A DNA stretch of 64,000 bases from Octopus vulgaris (lineage: Eukaryota): NCBI GenBank assembly GCA_951406725.2, contig OX597818.1, positions 75,268,001 through 75,332,000 on the forward strand, given 5' to 3'. A program made the position numbers and the translations under genes. Below the pieces are notes generated by a model. The model did no database searches. It saw only the letters and a list, made by a program, of their open reading frames with translations, and had not been told where the DNA came from. Below, piece after piece: positions 27,111 through 43,125 of the stretch. Each line of letters starts with the position of its first letter. Positions within the stretch are counted from its first letter, which is position 1.

Positions 27111-27268
27111 CGTGTTTACGGTCCCGTAAATTAGCGGCTCGGCAAAGAGACCGATAGAATAAACACTAGTCTAACAAAGAATAAGTCCTGGGGTCGATTT
27201 GTTCGGCAAAAGGCGGTGCTCCAGCATAGCCGCAGTCAAATGACTGAAACAAGTAAAAGAATAAAACA
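27111..27268 (+). mobile_element. SINE S1 3' tail
   Basis: GTGTTTACG..GGCGGTGCTCCAGCATAGCCGCAGTCAAATGACTGAAACAAGTAAAAG. Confidence 0.88.
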
Positions 27269-27305
<37 letters not shown>

Positions 27306-27307
27306 CG

Positions 27308-27360
<53 letters not shown>

Positions 27361-27759
27361 CAGAATGCAATTGTGTATGCATCAAGCAATATGTCAATAA
27401 GTCTTTGTTAATGATATGTCTTGAAGCAAAATCATCTATGAATAACATATAATAAAAATATACACTCTGACGGAAAACAGCGGAAATCTGACTGCAGTGC
27501 TAGAAGCTTGCATTTTCTGTAATTCAGACAGCAAATTATCAATTACATTAAAGCAACTCTCTGAATTTCATCCTTCTAAGTTAGATGCTTTAATCTTACC
27601 AACTAGTAAATTCCATTTAAAATGCAAATATAAAAGCATGTGTGTTTTAGCGACGTATCTCGGTGTGAACATATGTGTGTGTGTGTGCGTATATGAGAGA
27701 GGGTGCGAGGAGTGTGTGTGTGTGCTCACGCGCGCTCACGTATACGAAGCAAAATGAAA

Positions 27760-28880
27760 GACAGAAGAAGGCGTTCTGGAGCTGTTGCAGCGCTCCTGCT
27801 CTGTAACGGTCGATACCCCATAAACCAGTGCTCTCCCTTTATCTATTGGTTTGATGATGATGTCTTCTCAGTATCAAAGAGAACGAAGAGTAGATAGTTC
27901 AATCCGGAGAGGTTTGAGCATTCTGAAAGCTTTTGGGAATCACAGCAGTCTACTGCATAGTGACGTATTTCGATGAACAGGTCCAGGCTGCTGAACTGAT
28001 CTGGGCGTTGATTATGATGGTTGGTGGCTTAGGTCAGTAAAGCAATCGTGGACGTTTGGTGCAGGAGATATACCATTTAAAAAGGTGCGGTTTTATGCAG
28101 TGCAAAGACTGCTCAAAGTCAGAGAAGATCCAAAGCTCATTGCTAGCAGGTGTTAGAGGTAGGCAAGGCAAGCCCCTATTTTGAAGGAGGCTTTCAGCTT
28201 GAAACAGTAGTAAGTAGCAACAGCGAGTGGAGTGAAGAAACTAGTAGAGTGGTTTGGGGTAGAGTGTCGTGGAGAGCGCGGGTAAATGTTAGGTAAATAT
28301 GATGGCGGTGAAGAGTATAGGAAAGACAAGAGTGAGAGAAGAAAACAGAAAGGTCATGAGTAGTGTGTGAAAAGACAGTTGGAAAGGAAGAAGTGAGGAA
28401 GGAAAAATGAAGAGGGGACAAGTAGGTATGAACAGAAGGGTAGGGAATTGATAGGTGAAGAGTGGTGGCTGCTGGAATCGCGGGGTTGAGGAGTGAGTGT
28501 AATGTGTGAGTCTTAATGAAGTTAATGAAGTTGGTTAAGCAGGAAAGAAGCAACTAGAAGAGAAACAGAGGAGGTATTGGAGAAGATGACGATAGGGCAC
28601 GAATCTGAGAAATGATGGAACGGAAGGTGGTATCCAAAGAAGTCGGAAGGTATGGAAGAGGATATGTTCAAAGAAAAGGATAGAATATGATGTTGGTTGA
28701 AAGAGGAATCGCGACCCATAGTGAAGCGAAGCGGAGTTGGTACAATCAATATTTCAGAAAGTCGACATGATTGGGAAAATTTGGAAAGGTTGGAAGCGGG
28801 AAAGCCAAAAGGAAAGGCGAGATAGAAAGAAAAAGGAAAAAGAGAAAAGGAAAAGAATAGTAAGATCGCGGAAGATCAGG
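27760..28880 (-). pseudogene. Heavily decayed, probably rearranged Penelope-like RT fragments
   Basis: Minus-strand EDIIIKPIDKGRALV (~27825-27870) and SCPIV..IK remnants (~28510-28610). Confidence 0.4.
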
Positions 28881-29325
28881 GAAGGGCAAAACGTGTGTGT
28901 GTGTGCGTGTGCGTGTAATATGTTGTTGGATTGTTCTATGTAAATTGGTAGGGGTGGTCTCTGAAGAGCAAGACGTCTTTATTTTGTTATGGATGTGTTG
29001 GCCAGTAAAGATCATCAGTAATGTTCTGACCACGCATTCATATTGTGTCTGCAGTTTCTTAGTTAAGTGTGTTTCAGCGTTTAGGGTTTGGGGTCTGATG
29101 TTTGGAGCTTGAGGTATTGTTTATTGATGTATGCAGCAATTGTGACTTGATCTAAATGTAACGACAAGATTAACATGACCTCTTTGAAGGTTGTACACGT
29201 GTCTACAAAGTAATTTGTATATTTTTACATGCGTGAATAATCTAGTAGTGTGTGCTTGTGTGCATGTGTGTGTGTATGTGTATATACATATATTTATATA
29301 TGTATATATATAGATAGATAGATAT

Positions 29326-29364
<39 letters not shown>

Positions 29365-30334
29365 CATGTGTATGTGTGTATATATATATATATATTTATA
29401 TACATACATATATACATACATACATACATACATACATACATACATACATACATACATACATACATACATACATACATACATACATACATACATACATTTA
29501 CATATACGTATGCATGTACGTACGCATCTTGATGCTAGGCTGTATTACTATAAAACATTAAAATAATTAAAATAAGGAGAAGCTAAAGCTGAACTCCTTT
29601 GTCCTAGAAAATGTATCCCCACACCCAAATTTTATTATACGCTATCAAATATCGCGATTCAATTAAAACGACAAGCATAAAGGCCTTTGTATTGGAAAAA
29701 TGGCGGCTCTTTTCTTAAATTTTATTTCACCTTATTTTACATTGCTATTTATTTTCTTATTCATTTTATCAATTTATTAGGTATTTTTGTTTTGGTTTCA
29801 TTTTATTTTATTTTTTCTTATTCTGGCATCTTAAAGAAAAGCAATAACATACGGAAAGCAATCTAACATATTTCTAAAGCCTTCTGTTCGTTGAATGAAA
29901 AACTCTGGAATAGCTTCTTAAGAGTTGTTATTCAAACAAAATTTAATTGCATTTACTGGCAATAGTAATTTATGTAGATAAAACCATCTTTTATGGCCAG
30001 TAAGTTCGCTGGCTTACAACACCGACATTCTAACAGCTATTTGGTGAAAGGTCATAAAAATGTAGAAAGGAAAACAAGAGGTTAATGCTGAGTTAGTCAG
30101 GGTGTCGCGTGTTGGGAGGAGAATGGCGCATTATTTTACAATGTCATTAGAAATTACAACAATACGCATGCGTACATAAAGTTCGCTAGTAAACAGAAAA
30201 TGCATATATTTACATTTATGTATTTATTTGTTATGGATATAAATATATGTGTGTGTGTATGGATACTTATACATAGATACACACACACACATATGTACAG
30301 AGAGAGACAGAGAGTTACATATGCAACACATATA

Positions 30335-30549
30335 CAGAGCGGGTCAAAAATTGGGCACCAAAGCGTTTAAGGTTTTATTTATATTAGGTTAGTATTATTA
30401 TCATTATTCAGTTTGTTCATCATGTACATGTATGTGCATATTCACCATTATTTTATTTATTTTATTCAATTTTAGAAAAATGAAACTATCTCTTCAACAA
30501 TTCCGGAGCGTATTGAATTTATTTTGTGCGTAACTTTTGGCCCACCCAG
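30335..30549. mobile_element. Tc1/mariner-type MITE, degenerate TIRs
   Basis: TA-CAGAGCGGGTCAAAAATTGGGCAC versus GTGCGTAACTTTTGGCCCACCCAG-TA. Confidence 0.6.
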
Positions 30550-30703
30550 TATATATGTATATCTATGTATACATGCAACACAAGCAGACGTTAATTACTG
30601 AATTTTATGAATACACGTGTGCATATAGTAGATAGCTACATGGCTATATATATACACGCACATACGTACACACACACGCACATACGCGCGCGCACACAAA
30701 CAC

Positions 30704-30844
<141 letters not shown>

Positions 30845-30845
30845 T

Positions 30846-32266
<1,421 letters not shown>

Positions 32267-32267
32267 A

Positions 32268-32506
32268 CTTTCTTTATTGGCCACACAGGGCTGAACACAG
32301 AGGGGACAAATACAAATGAAGAGCTTTTCTTTTCGTAGATGGAAAAAGGAAAAGGAAGAAAAAGGAAACAAATGTAAAATTTCGATCAAAATGGATCGTG
32401 TATCATAGAAAGAAATATTTTTTTTAAATAGTAAGAAACAAGATTTGGTTCATTCGTGGAAAGAAAAGCCTACAGAAAAGACCAAGGTAACCTCAGGCAG
32501 GGAACA
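32268..32506 (-). mobile_element. Second Tx1 3'UTR fragment in (GATA)n
   Basis: Homologous to 30846-31090; ends CAGCCCTGTGTGGCCAATAAAGAAAG. Confidence 0.88.
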
Positions 32507-32537
32507 TAGATAGATAGATAGACAGACAGACACACAC

Positions 32538-32644
<107 letters not shown>

Positions 32645-33304
32645 CGCATACAAGCAAACAAATGCATGTACTTCTTCGCATACACTTACATGGATACAAA
32701 TACATACATGAACACATACACATATTTACATACTTGAATTTATACTCACATACAAACATATACATGCACGCATACATATTCACAAATTCCAGCATTGAAG
32801 ATTTCTATTAGAAACCAATCCCTTTCTCTCGAGAATTAATTCAAGAAAAAAGTATGCTACATACACTTTCAAATATTCACACGCACATTCACATGTCCAT
32901 ACACAAACACATATATTTAAGCATACACACGTACACATTCACACAAAAATACTAAAGTGTAATGCTTGTATTTTTGTACACATGTAGGTATGTATGCATG
33001 TGTACATACGTATATAGATCTGTTTGCTTGTCTGTATATATGTATTTATGTATGTATTTATGTATGTATTTATGTATGTATGTATGTATGTATGTGTGTA
33101 TGTATGTATGTATGTATGTATGTATGTATGTATATATGTATGTATGTATGTATGAATGTATGTATGTATGTATGTATGTATGTACATATTGTTGTCAAGT
33201 CAGCTCCCTAGCGTGACATCAGAGCAATAAGAGAAATATGTTAACGAATTATATATATATATTCATTTATTTATGTCTTTATACATACATATGTGTATGT
33301 GTAT

Positions 33305-33842
33305 TCTTTTATTCTTTTACTTGCTTAAGTCATCTGACAGCGGCCATGCTGGAGCACCGCCTTGAAGGGTTTATGAGTCGAAAAAATCGATCCGAGAACT
33401 TATTTTTTATGCTTAGTACTTATTCAATCGAACTCTTTTGCCGAACCGTTAAGTTAAGGGGGTGTAAACACACCAACATCAGTTGTCAACCAGTGATGGA
33501 ACAGACACAAACGCGCGCGCACGCATACATATATATACGACGAACTTCTTCCATTTTCCGTTTACCAGATTCACTCACAAGGCTTTAATAGGCCTGAGGC
33601 TATAGTAGGAAACATTTAACCAGGGTGTCAGGTGGTTGGGAAGCAAGTTTCTTACTCGAATAGTACTCGAATACCAAAGGTAGAGTAATATAAAACGAGC
33701 TTCTTTCAGTTTCCATCACAAGTTTTAGTTGACTTAGGGCTATAGTAGAAGACACTTGCCCAAGGTGCCACACAATGACACTGAACCCGGACGCCTGTGG
33801 GTGGGAAGCAAGCTTCTTGCTACACACCACGCCTGCGCCTAC
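33305..33842 (-). mobile_element. SINE S1 copies (rearranged/tandem)
   Basis: Tail 33305-33500, body 33535-33655, second body and head 33698-33842. Confidence 0.8.
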
Positions 33843-34387
33843 ATATATATGTATGCGCGTGAGTGGTGTGTGTGTGTGTGTGTGTGTGTATCCATGATAA
33901 TGCCTACGTTTGGAATTTTAAATAAAACGATAATTGATTTACGTAACAAACCTTTCGTAAAATTTTCAAATGCCGAATAGTGTCGCTAAATTTTATAAAA
34001 GAAGCTTCTTGAAAAGAAAACTAAATTTAAGCCGGAAACTCTAAAATACAGGAACTGTACCATGTGATTAGCGAAAATACAGAAGGAAAAAAAAAGCGAA
34101 AAGGGAAGAAGATATTTAACTAGAGTGGTTCGGAGTGGGTATGGAGTGTAACATGTCAGTGAACAGAATATTGATCAGCATCAAAGAAACAATACCAGAG
34201 AAACAGGTCTTTAGAAGTGGTAAATGGGAAATAAGCCAATGAAAGATCTACTTCGTTATCAAGAAAGAAAGAGTTTGATATTTAAAGGCATGCCAAAATT
34301 GCGAACGTTTCAGAAAAACAGAAGCCAACAGAAATTGTACTTCGATGATAGTGATGGTCAAATATATCATTGATGTGTGTGTGTGTG

Positions 34388-34425
<38 letters not shown>

Positions 34426-34564
34426 CAAATGCATATGTGCGTGCATGCACGTATGCATTATATACATTGTAAGCATATACTCACATACACATACATTTAT
34501 ATATATATATAATATATACACATACATATATGTATGCATATATATATACATATATATGCATAAC

Positions 34565-34608
<44 letters not shown>

Positions 34609-34652
34609 GTGATTGGGATATATATATACATATATATATTTATACATATATA

Positions 34653-34720
<68 letters not shown>

Positions 34721-35315
34721 GAGAGAGAGAGACATGTATATGTATATGTACATAGATACATAAATATATATATGTGTGTATATGTGTGTGTGCATGTATG
34801 CATGTATAAACGTATATTTACAAAACTATGTACTTAGGTATATCTATGGGCGAAGGTAGATGTCATAGTTAATCAATAAGTACACAACAGAAAAACTATT
34901 AGTGCTTTTAGTTGTTTTTTTTAATTCGATAAAATTAAGGCTCACAAAGTAGATAGCTCGTTTCGCCGATGGCTGTTCAGAACATAAAAATACTTAGATG
35001 ATCAACAATATACAAAGATAGGGGAAAACGCGATCAAAGAAACAAAACCAAACTCAGGATACGAGCGTTAAAGAAATATATATACTGAGTAAGATAACTG
35101 CTTACATGTAAAGGCAATTGTGAAGGAGGAAGAGCATTTCAAACTAAATCGAAATCAACCTTATATAAAGTGAATGAGATGAATGAAAGTAAACAGGCGA
35201 AAATTCAAGTAGAATTCTAATACTGTAATTGTTAAATAAGTAGGTGTTGAAGGTAAACCAGTCGCGTAAAAATACACATAGATACATATACTTTTACATA
35301 CATACCCGGCATATA

Positions 35316-35359
<44 letters not shown>

Positions 35360-35420
35360 AAAAAGAAAATGGAGATTGGGAAGCTAATAATTGTTTATTA
35401 TTAATAACAAATCAATCATC

Positions 35421-35503
35421 TTCCCTTACAGCTGTTTCAGTTAATACGCTGTGAATTAATTAAATATTAAATCCATATAACCTGAGTATATCTTCAGATG
35501 GAA
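35421..35503 (-). ncRNA. PLE-type hammerhead-like motif
   Basis: Minus strand TTCCAT-CTGAAGA-[long stem II]-GAAA-CAGCTG-TA-AGGGAA, ~500 bp from a PLE RT relic. Confidence 0.55.
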
Positions 35504-35974
35504 AAAAATATATCAATGGATGTTTTATAAATGTGTTTATGAATTCATTATTGCAGACAGAATGATACTGTTTATAAATTGTATTTTTATATGTTCGGTC
35601 GAGTAGTTTCCAGGTTGAGTAGAGATGAGATAGAGTAGGTGAATAGAATTAGTGTAATAAATGAATAAATTATATAGAGATGATAGTGGAAATTTAAATA
35701 TAAATAAGGTAAGAATGTAATATAAGTTTTTAAGGTATAAATAAAGTTAAGAAAATGTGCATATATGCAAGTACGCACGCATAAATATATATACATACAT
35801 ATATGTATCCGTACGTCCATATATATATATATATATACATACAGACCCTCACATGTACTTACACATATACATACACCAAAACGCACACACATATCTGCAC
35901 ATATGCGTATATACGCATATATGTATATATATGTATATGAGCGAACACAATACATATGCACATTCGCACATATA

Positions 35975-37237
35975 TCTATGTTCCAAGCCTGGAACAACGA
36001 TATACCGACGCTGTAAAGACTTCGCAAGGACCACAAAATAACTACCAATACAGTGGCGGGACCACCAACGAGACCTGCGGAGCGAATATCGCTAGCAACT
36101 ACAGGATCTCCTACTTCATCTCAATGATCATACGCCCCATAATCCAGATGTCACCAGATGTTTGTGACAGCACGGAAGTTCTCAGCAGAATCAACGACTG
36201 TAACAACAACACCTGCGACCTGATAGGCTGTATAGTGTGTAGCATGGATGTGGTGTTTCTATACCCATCCATCAACGTGAATTTTGCGGTGGAGAAGTAC
36301 GTGGAGATGATCACTGAGAGCGAAGTGGAGTTTCACAATGTTAACACAGAGAAAATGGACCTCCTACTTAGACCGACATATGACAATGAATATTTAGACA
36401 AATATTACCTTAGAAGTTTCTTCCCCAGTAGACGTTTAAGAGGTGGACCCTACAATATCATCTATGGCTAGGAAGATCCCTATAGGGAGATTGAACGGAT
36501 GGACCAGAACCATACGAACCCCCGAAAACCAATATCAAGTAAAGAAAATGATCGCACATGCTCTAGAAGCTAGTATAGGAGTTACCCTAAAAGGCTACAC
36601 GTTTAAGTTTAACAACAAAATATACACCCAGGATCAAGCGGCAGCCATCGGGGTTAGCATCGCCGTTGATGTGGCCTACTTTTTCATGGTATAGTGGGAC
36701 AGGATGCTTAAAGAACGCCTGACACAGAACTCCATACTCATGAACATGTACTCCCGATATGTCAATGATATTAACATAGGAGTAACGGCACCCCCACAAG
36801 ATAGTACCCTTGAAATAGAAATAGAAACTAATACTATGGAGAACATCGATAAATAGCTAACTCCATCCACCAGACTACCCTACGAAACACCCTAACCATA
36901 GACTACCAGTACGACGTACAGAACTCTGGCTGGAAACTGTGAATAATAAAACCCGAATCCTCCATTCACACTATGCCAAACCTATGGCCTCCAAATACCT
37001 AATCCACCGGAACTCAGCTATCGCGGACAATGCCACCTTCAATATATTGATGGCAGACCTCATCAGAGTAATGAGAAATGTGTCCCGCATGTGCGACCCT
37101 ACAGAGTTAAAGCGACACATACAACAATCGTTCGCTGCATGCAGTTCTCGGGATACAGCCGTAGAGAAAGGATCAGAGTATATAAAGGAGCCATGCGGAA
37201 ATTTGAAACTGTCATGCGTAACGATAGGAATGGGATT
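35975..37237 (+). pseudogene. Penelope-like element RT relic
   Basis: CSMDVVFLYPSI, FKFNNKIYTQ..AAIGVSIA, YSRYVNDI, HYAKPMASKYLIHRNSA. Confidence 0.85.
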
Positions 37238-37423
37238 TGTTCGACTAAAGGTGGTGATCCAGCATGGCCGCACTCAAATGACTGAAAAGGAAGTAGAATA
37301 AAAGGATATATATAACATGCATATGATATATATATATATGTGCCCCAGCATGGCTACAGCTCATGAGCTGAAACTAGAATCAATCAATCAATCATATATA
37401 CATACATACCATACACACACACA

Positions 37424-38300
37424 CAGATGACAACTAAATAGACACTCTTATAATCATTAAAATTTATTTAAATCTGAAATTATACACTCAAATTATTTAT
37501 TAATTGTTATAATGTGAATATTTAATATTTGGTAGACAAGCCCTTTGCATTTTTCAATGCAAGGCCCCTATTAGGCACGCTACTGATCAGATGACATATT
37601 CTTTTGAGACATTTCTTGCCAAGTTTCATGCAGTAATCTCAAAAGATCTAACTTTGAAGATGCTTTCTTGCTCTTTTTATGAAGTGTCCCATCCATTATG
37701 CCCCAGAGGTGTTCAATAGGATTCATATCTGATGAATGGCTTGACCATGGAAGCTTTTTAATGCCATTCTCTTCCAACCAATCTTGGGTCCTTTTAGCCG
37801 TGTGACAAGGAACCCTATCTTCCATAAATAATCTTCTTTAATCATTTCACCCGTGGAGAAAATTGGAAGGAATCCTTTCTGCAATATAGAGATATATTTA
37901 TCTTAGTATATGTTTCCTTCACATTCCACCAGCTCTGACTGACCATTGCTCCAAATTGTTCCCTCAGATTATCACAGAATAGCTGCTGTGTCTCATTATT
38001 GGTTGCAATCTTTTCACATAAAATTCTTGATCACAGAGTCTCCAGACCCACACTCGATCACTGTCAGAAAATAGAGCAAATCTGGATTCATTGGAGAATA
38101 TGACTGTCTCAAAATGCTAGTGGCCTCTCTACCATCTCTCTGGCCCAACCTTTTCTCCGTTTGATGTTGGCTGGTTGAAGAAGTGGCTTCCTTCTCGCTG
38201 TTCTGCCATAGTAACCAAGTTAGTGGAGATACCTGACTGCTGTTCTGCAACTGACATCAACTTGTTCTGCTATGCCAAAGGCCTTGCAACGAGGTTTACC
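37424..38300 (-). mobile_element. Tc1 transposon relic
   Basis: MEDRVPCHTAKRTQDWL..WSSHSSDMNPIEHLWGIM catalytic region; boundaries approximate. Confidence 0.8.
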
Positions 38301-38814
38301 CTCTACACTTCTTTTAACAAAGAAAAGCGTCTTGTCAGAACTAAAATCTCATATTTCCCTAACACGAAATTTAAAAACAAGATGTCACGGTTGGTCGGGG
38401 AAATGCAATGCATTACCTGATTAGGTAACCAAAATAAGCCATTGGTTAGAAACGTATTTAAAGATGTTAGGAATAGGTATAGGAAACGAAATAGTGGTAG
38501 TGAGGAGATAAGTAAAACCAAGAACGCTATCATTTATAGATTTATCTACTTCGAGCTAGAACGTTAAAAACAATTTCCTATCTCTAGAAGTCTCAAATCC
38601 CTGAGCCCGAAGATTACTTGGAGACACAAGGCACGCTATATAAATCTGCCTAATCAAAGTATCTCTATGGCAAAAGAAAACTGTTAATACCTCTTATTTT
38701 AAAAACTGTGTGTACATTAAATATATATATATATACATACAACATATATGCATATCACAAACACTTATATACATACATATACACGTATATACAACCATAT
38801 TTACATATAATACT

Positions 38815-39027
38815 TGTTTCAAATTTTAGCACAGGGCCAGCAAGTTCGGAAGAGAGGTGGTCGTTTTAATCGATCCCAGTGTTCAATTTGTACTTACTTT
38901 ATCAACCCCAAAAGGATGAAAGGCAAAGTCGACTTCGGAGGAATTTGAACTCAGAACGTAAGGACGGATGAATTGCCACTAATCATTTTGCCCAGTGTGA
39001 TAACTAATCTGCCGGCTCGCCGCCTTA
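38815..39027 (-). mobile_element. SINE family S2
   Basis: GGCGGCGAGC head, GAGTTCAAATTCC B box, TTTGCCTTTCATCCTTT core. Confidence 0.85.
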
Positions 39028-39059
39028 TACGTACATATAATATTATACAGATATAAGAT

Positions 39060-39247
39060 ACAATCGGTAGCACGCCGGACAAAATGATTAGGTCGTTCTT
39101 ATGTTCTGAGCTCAAATTCCGTCGAGATCGGCTACGCATGTCATCCTTTCGAGCTTAATAAAATAAGTAGAAGTAGAATACAGGGATGGATGTAATCGAC
39201 CTATCCACGCCGCCGAAATTGCCAGCCTTGTGCCAAAGTTTGAAACA
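39060..39247 (+). mobile_element. SINE S2, diverged
   Basis: TAGCACGCCGGACAAAATG..CATCCTTTCG..GCCTTGTGCCAAAGTTTGAAAC. Confidence 0.8.
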
Positions 39248-40994
39248 AATACTTCACACACATATACATCCTCATTCGGTTCGCTCGCTTACAGAGTTGC
39301 ACAAGTTTACATGCAAACGCATACATACACGACTGCATACACATAAACACGTACACACATGTAAATATACACACATTGTCATGCATGCAAGTTGCATTAA
39401 ACTACACACAAACACACAGATATTCCATATGACCAATTGGCAAAAATAGACACGCAGCAGCACGCTCAAGAGAAAACAACCAAAGTTATATCCACATGAA
39501 ATGTAAAAAAAAAAAATTAACTAAAATCAAAATAAAAAGTATACAAAATGCTGAAAAACATGTTTTATTAACTTTTCGTTAATTTCCCAAAAGAACCGCT
39601 CGTCTATTATAAGGTTTCAAAACTGTTTTACTATAATTCCAGGTTGCTGACACAATTTCATTTCATCTGCGAATGTTTTTTCGATTTTGGTGGTCTTCTT
39701 TTTTCTCCTTTTTGTCTTTTTGTTTTGATTCTCTCTTTTTTATATTTGTTTTATCCCTTTATTTTGTTTGTTTCTTTTCTTATTTTCATTTAACTTTAAG
39801 AAAGTTTTAAAACAAAATAATTTTTTAACGTTTTAATGGGAATGGGTTTATTTTTTTATAATTCCTTTTTTTATAATTCCTTTTTTATTAACAATGAACT
39901 AACATGGTGGGGGCGTCTACTGTAGTGTACTACTTGAACTTTGAAGTTGCAAATGTTTTGTTAATTCTAGATTTAATCTTTGTGTTTTTTTGTTTTGTTT
40001 TGTGTTTTTGTCTTTGGTGGGGTTTAGGGGTTTTTTGGCCTCTCATTCCTTTCAACATCCAATCTAATTTACTATCCCCATATAATGACGGCCGATATAA
40101 ATAGCTTATTGGTTGGTTGGTTGGTTTCTTTGATTTCAACAGTTACGCTTCACATCGTATAAATTTAGGGCGTGAGATGATGAAAGAGAGATACGGAGAG
40201 ACTGAATGGAACAGATACAGGATGAGTACACATACTAGGTTTGGTGGCACACAATGCGTAAAAGAACGTCCCTCGCGCGCACACCCACTGTCTCACACAC
40301 ATATACACACTAAGGGAGAAAGAATCATAGAGAGGGGAGGGGAAGGAGGATGAGGGTTGGGAGGCGGGGAAGAGGGGGAGGAGAAGAAGATGGGTGAAGA
40401 GGAAAAGGGGAGGAGAGGAGGAATAAATGATGGAATAGTTATGGAAGGAGTTACACAAATGAAAACTAAGAAGTTGTTCTCCATAGACAAAATACAACAG
40501 TGATTAGCTTATTCACGTTCGAATCAGCCGAAACGAATTTAGAATTTATATGTACGTCATTGTTTTGCTTTATTTAATTTCATTTTAAAATAATAATTTT
40601 GTTGCTGTTTGTTTTATTCTGTTTTTGGTTTTTGTACTTTAGGGTTTTGAAAATTAGAATTCATTTCATTATTTTGTATAAGCAGCAAGACAACTGATAA
40701 AAGTTATTATATTATGTATGATACATTTTCTGATAAAACTCTTGGTGGCAAAATATGCTTACAAAGTTACCTGTCATATGTAGTCCCTTGTCGATAATAT
40801 ATATTGATCTAGTTATTTTACTATAAGTTATTATTCAAATCACTTACCAAAAAACTACAACACTGAAAATATTATAAATGATGGTAAATAACACGGTTTT
40901 TTAAAATCTCATTGGAGTTGGTTTTGAATGTTCGTCGTTCGATATGTCTTTAGAAATTTTATGGAAATATCTGCCTATTGTATAAGTCAATAAA

Positions 40995-41635
40995 TATTGA
41001 TTTCAATTTTTGACACAAGGCCAGCAAGTTCAGGGGATGGGGTAAGTCGATTACAACTGGTACTTATTCCATCTATTCAGAAAGAATAAAAAGTAAAGTT
41101 GACCTCGGAAACATTTGAACTCAGAACGTACACGCTGACGAAATGCTGCTAAGCATTTTTCCCGGCACGCTAACGATTCTGACAGCTCCCCGCCTTCTAA
41201 GTCAATAAGTATTAGATTCTATTAAGTTGATAACAGACTCGTTAAAACGCTGAAAAAATGCTTTGCAGTATTTGTTCCGGTTCCTTCCATTCTGGTTTCA
41301 AATCCTACCTAAATCAACTTAGCCTTTCACCCTTTCGGAGTCAGCCAAATACTGAGGTCAATGTTGTGGATTAATGCTCTCCTTTCAAGATTGTTGGGCT
41401 TGTGCCTAAATCAGAAACCATTTAGCATGGCCCCTTAACAGAATCATCAGATCCTCGGAAAAATACTTTGCGGTATTTTTCCGGCGCTCTTTACATTCTG
41501 AATTAAAATCCTGCGAAGATTAACTCTACCTTTTATCCTTTCATCGTCGATAAAATAAAGTACCAGCCAAATATTAGAGTCACTGGAATAAACTACCCCT
41601 TTCCCTAAAATTCCTAGCTTTGTGCCAAAATTTAC
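40995..41635. mobile_element. Cluster of S2 SINEs (minus 40995-41197; plus ~41230-41420 and ~41435-41635)
   Basis: Repeated S2 core and tail motifs. Confidence 0.75.
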
Positions 41636-41661
41636 AATTACTGTTGTTGCTGTTGTTGTTG

Positions 41662-41725
<64 letters not shown>

Positions 41726-41734
41726 CTTTATTAT

Positions 41735-42068
<334 letters not shown>

Positions 42069-42202
42069 GGGTCGGTAAAATATGTATTAGTTGAACACTG
42101 GGATCGATGTAATCGACTCGTCCCATCCCCCAAAATTGCTGCCATTGTGGGCAAAATTTGAAATATTATTATTGTCGTTGTTGTTGTGAGTATTTATAAG
42201 CT

Positions 42203-42343
42203 ACTAGCAGAGATACCCGGTGTTGCTCAGGTTTAAAATGGTATAGTTTTCTATTCTTTTACTTGTTTCAGTCATTTGGCTGTTGCCCTGCTGGAGCACC
42301 ACCTTTAGTCGAACAGAAAGAACGAAAAAAACAAACAAACAAA

Positions 42344-42379
<36 letters not shown>

Positions 42380-42719
42380 GGGATAAAGAAACAAGGAGAA
42401 AGAAGGAAGGAAAGAAGACAGACTAAAAGAGGGGAACTATTGCAAAGGGTGAGAGAGAAAATATGTAAGCAAAAGAAATAGGGAATGAGAAAAGGGAGAG
42501 AATCGGTTGGAAACTGCAGTTTTTAGAGAAAACCACATGTGAAACACCGTTTTTTCCGATTTCTCGCTTCATGCGGAAGCTCTGGGCCAAAATTTATAAT
42601 GCATGATCATCCTCGGCACATTAGTAATGTGTGTATAAAGTTTGGTGAAAATCTGTTGAAAACTGTTGAAATGCATACAGACACAGACACACAGGTAGCC
42701 TTCTTTTATATATATATAT

Positions 42720-42720
<1 letters not shown>
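42203..42720 (-). mobile_element. Non-autonomous Helitron with an inserted SINE S1 fragment (~42250-42315)
   Basis: Minus-strand 3' end GCAACACCGGGTATCTCTGCTAG|T; 5' end TATATAAAAGAAGG..TGTGTGTCTG..GATTTTCACCAAACTTT. Confidence 0.65.
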
Positions 42721-42779
<59 letters not shown>

Positions 42780-42787
42780 ATAGATAT

Positions 42788-42830
<43 letters not shown>

Positions 42831-42831
42831 T

Positions 42832-42889
<58 letters not shown>

Positions 42890-42904
42890 TACATGCTAAT
42901 CTAA

Positions 42905-43125
42905 TTAGCAGTATAATAATCTTGAGGTTTGGTGACAGCATGTTTCCTCAAATCTCAAGAACATTTCTGCTGGTCAGCAATATTAGTCTTAATTCCAATA
43001 TCCCTCACTCTCTTGGGTATCGATTTGAGTGTTGTACTAAGTGCACCAGTCACCAAAGGAAACGTTGCTGTTTTAGACATCCATAGTCTCTTCGGTTCTC
43101 TGGCTAGTTCCAGATATTTCTAACG
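42905..43125 (-). pseudogene. RLE LINE 3' fragment
   Basis: Minus-strand KYLELAREPKRLW..FPLVTGALST resembles the RLE C-terminus at ~22440-22540. Confidence 0.5.
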
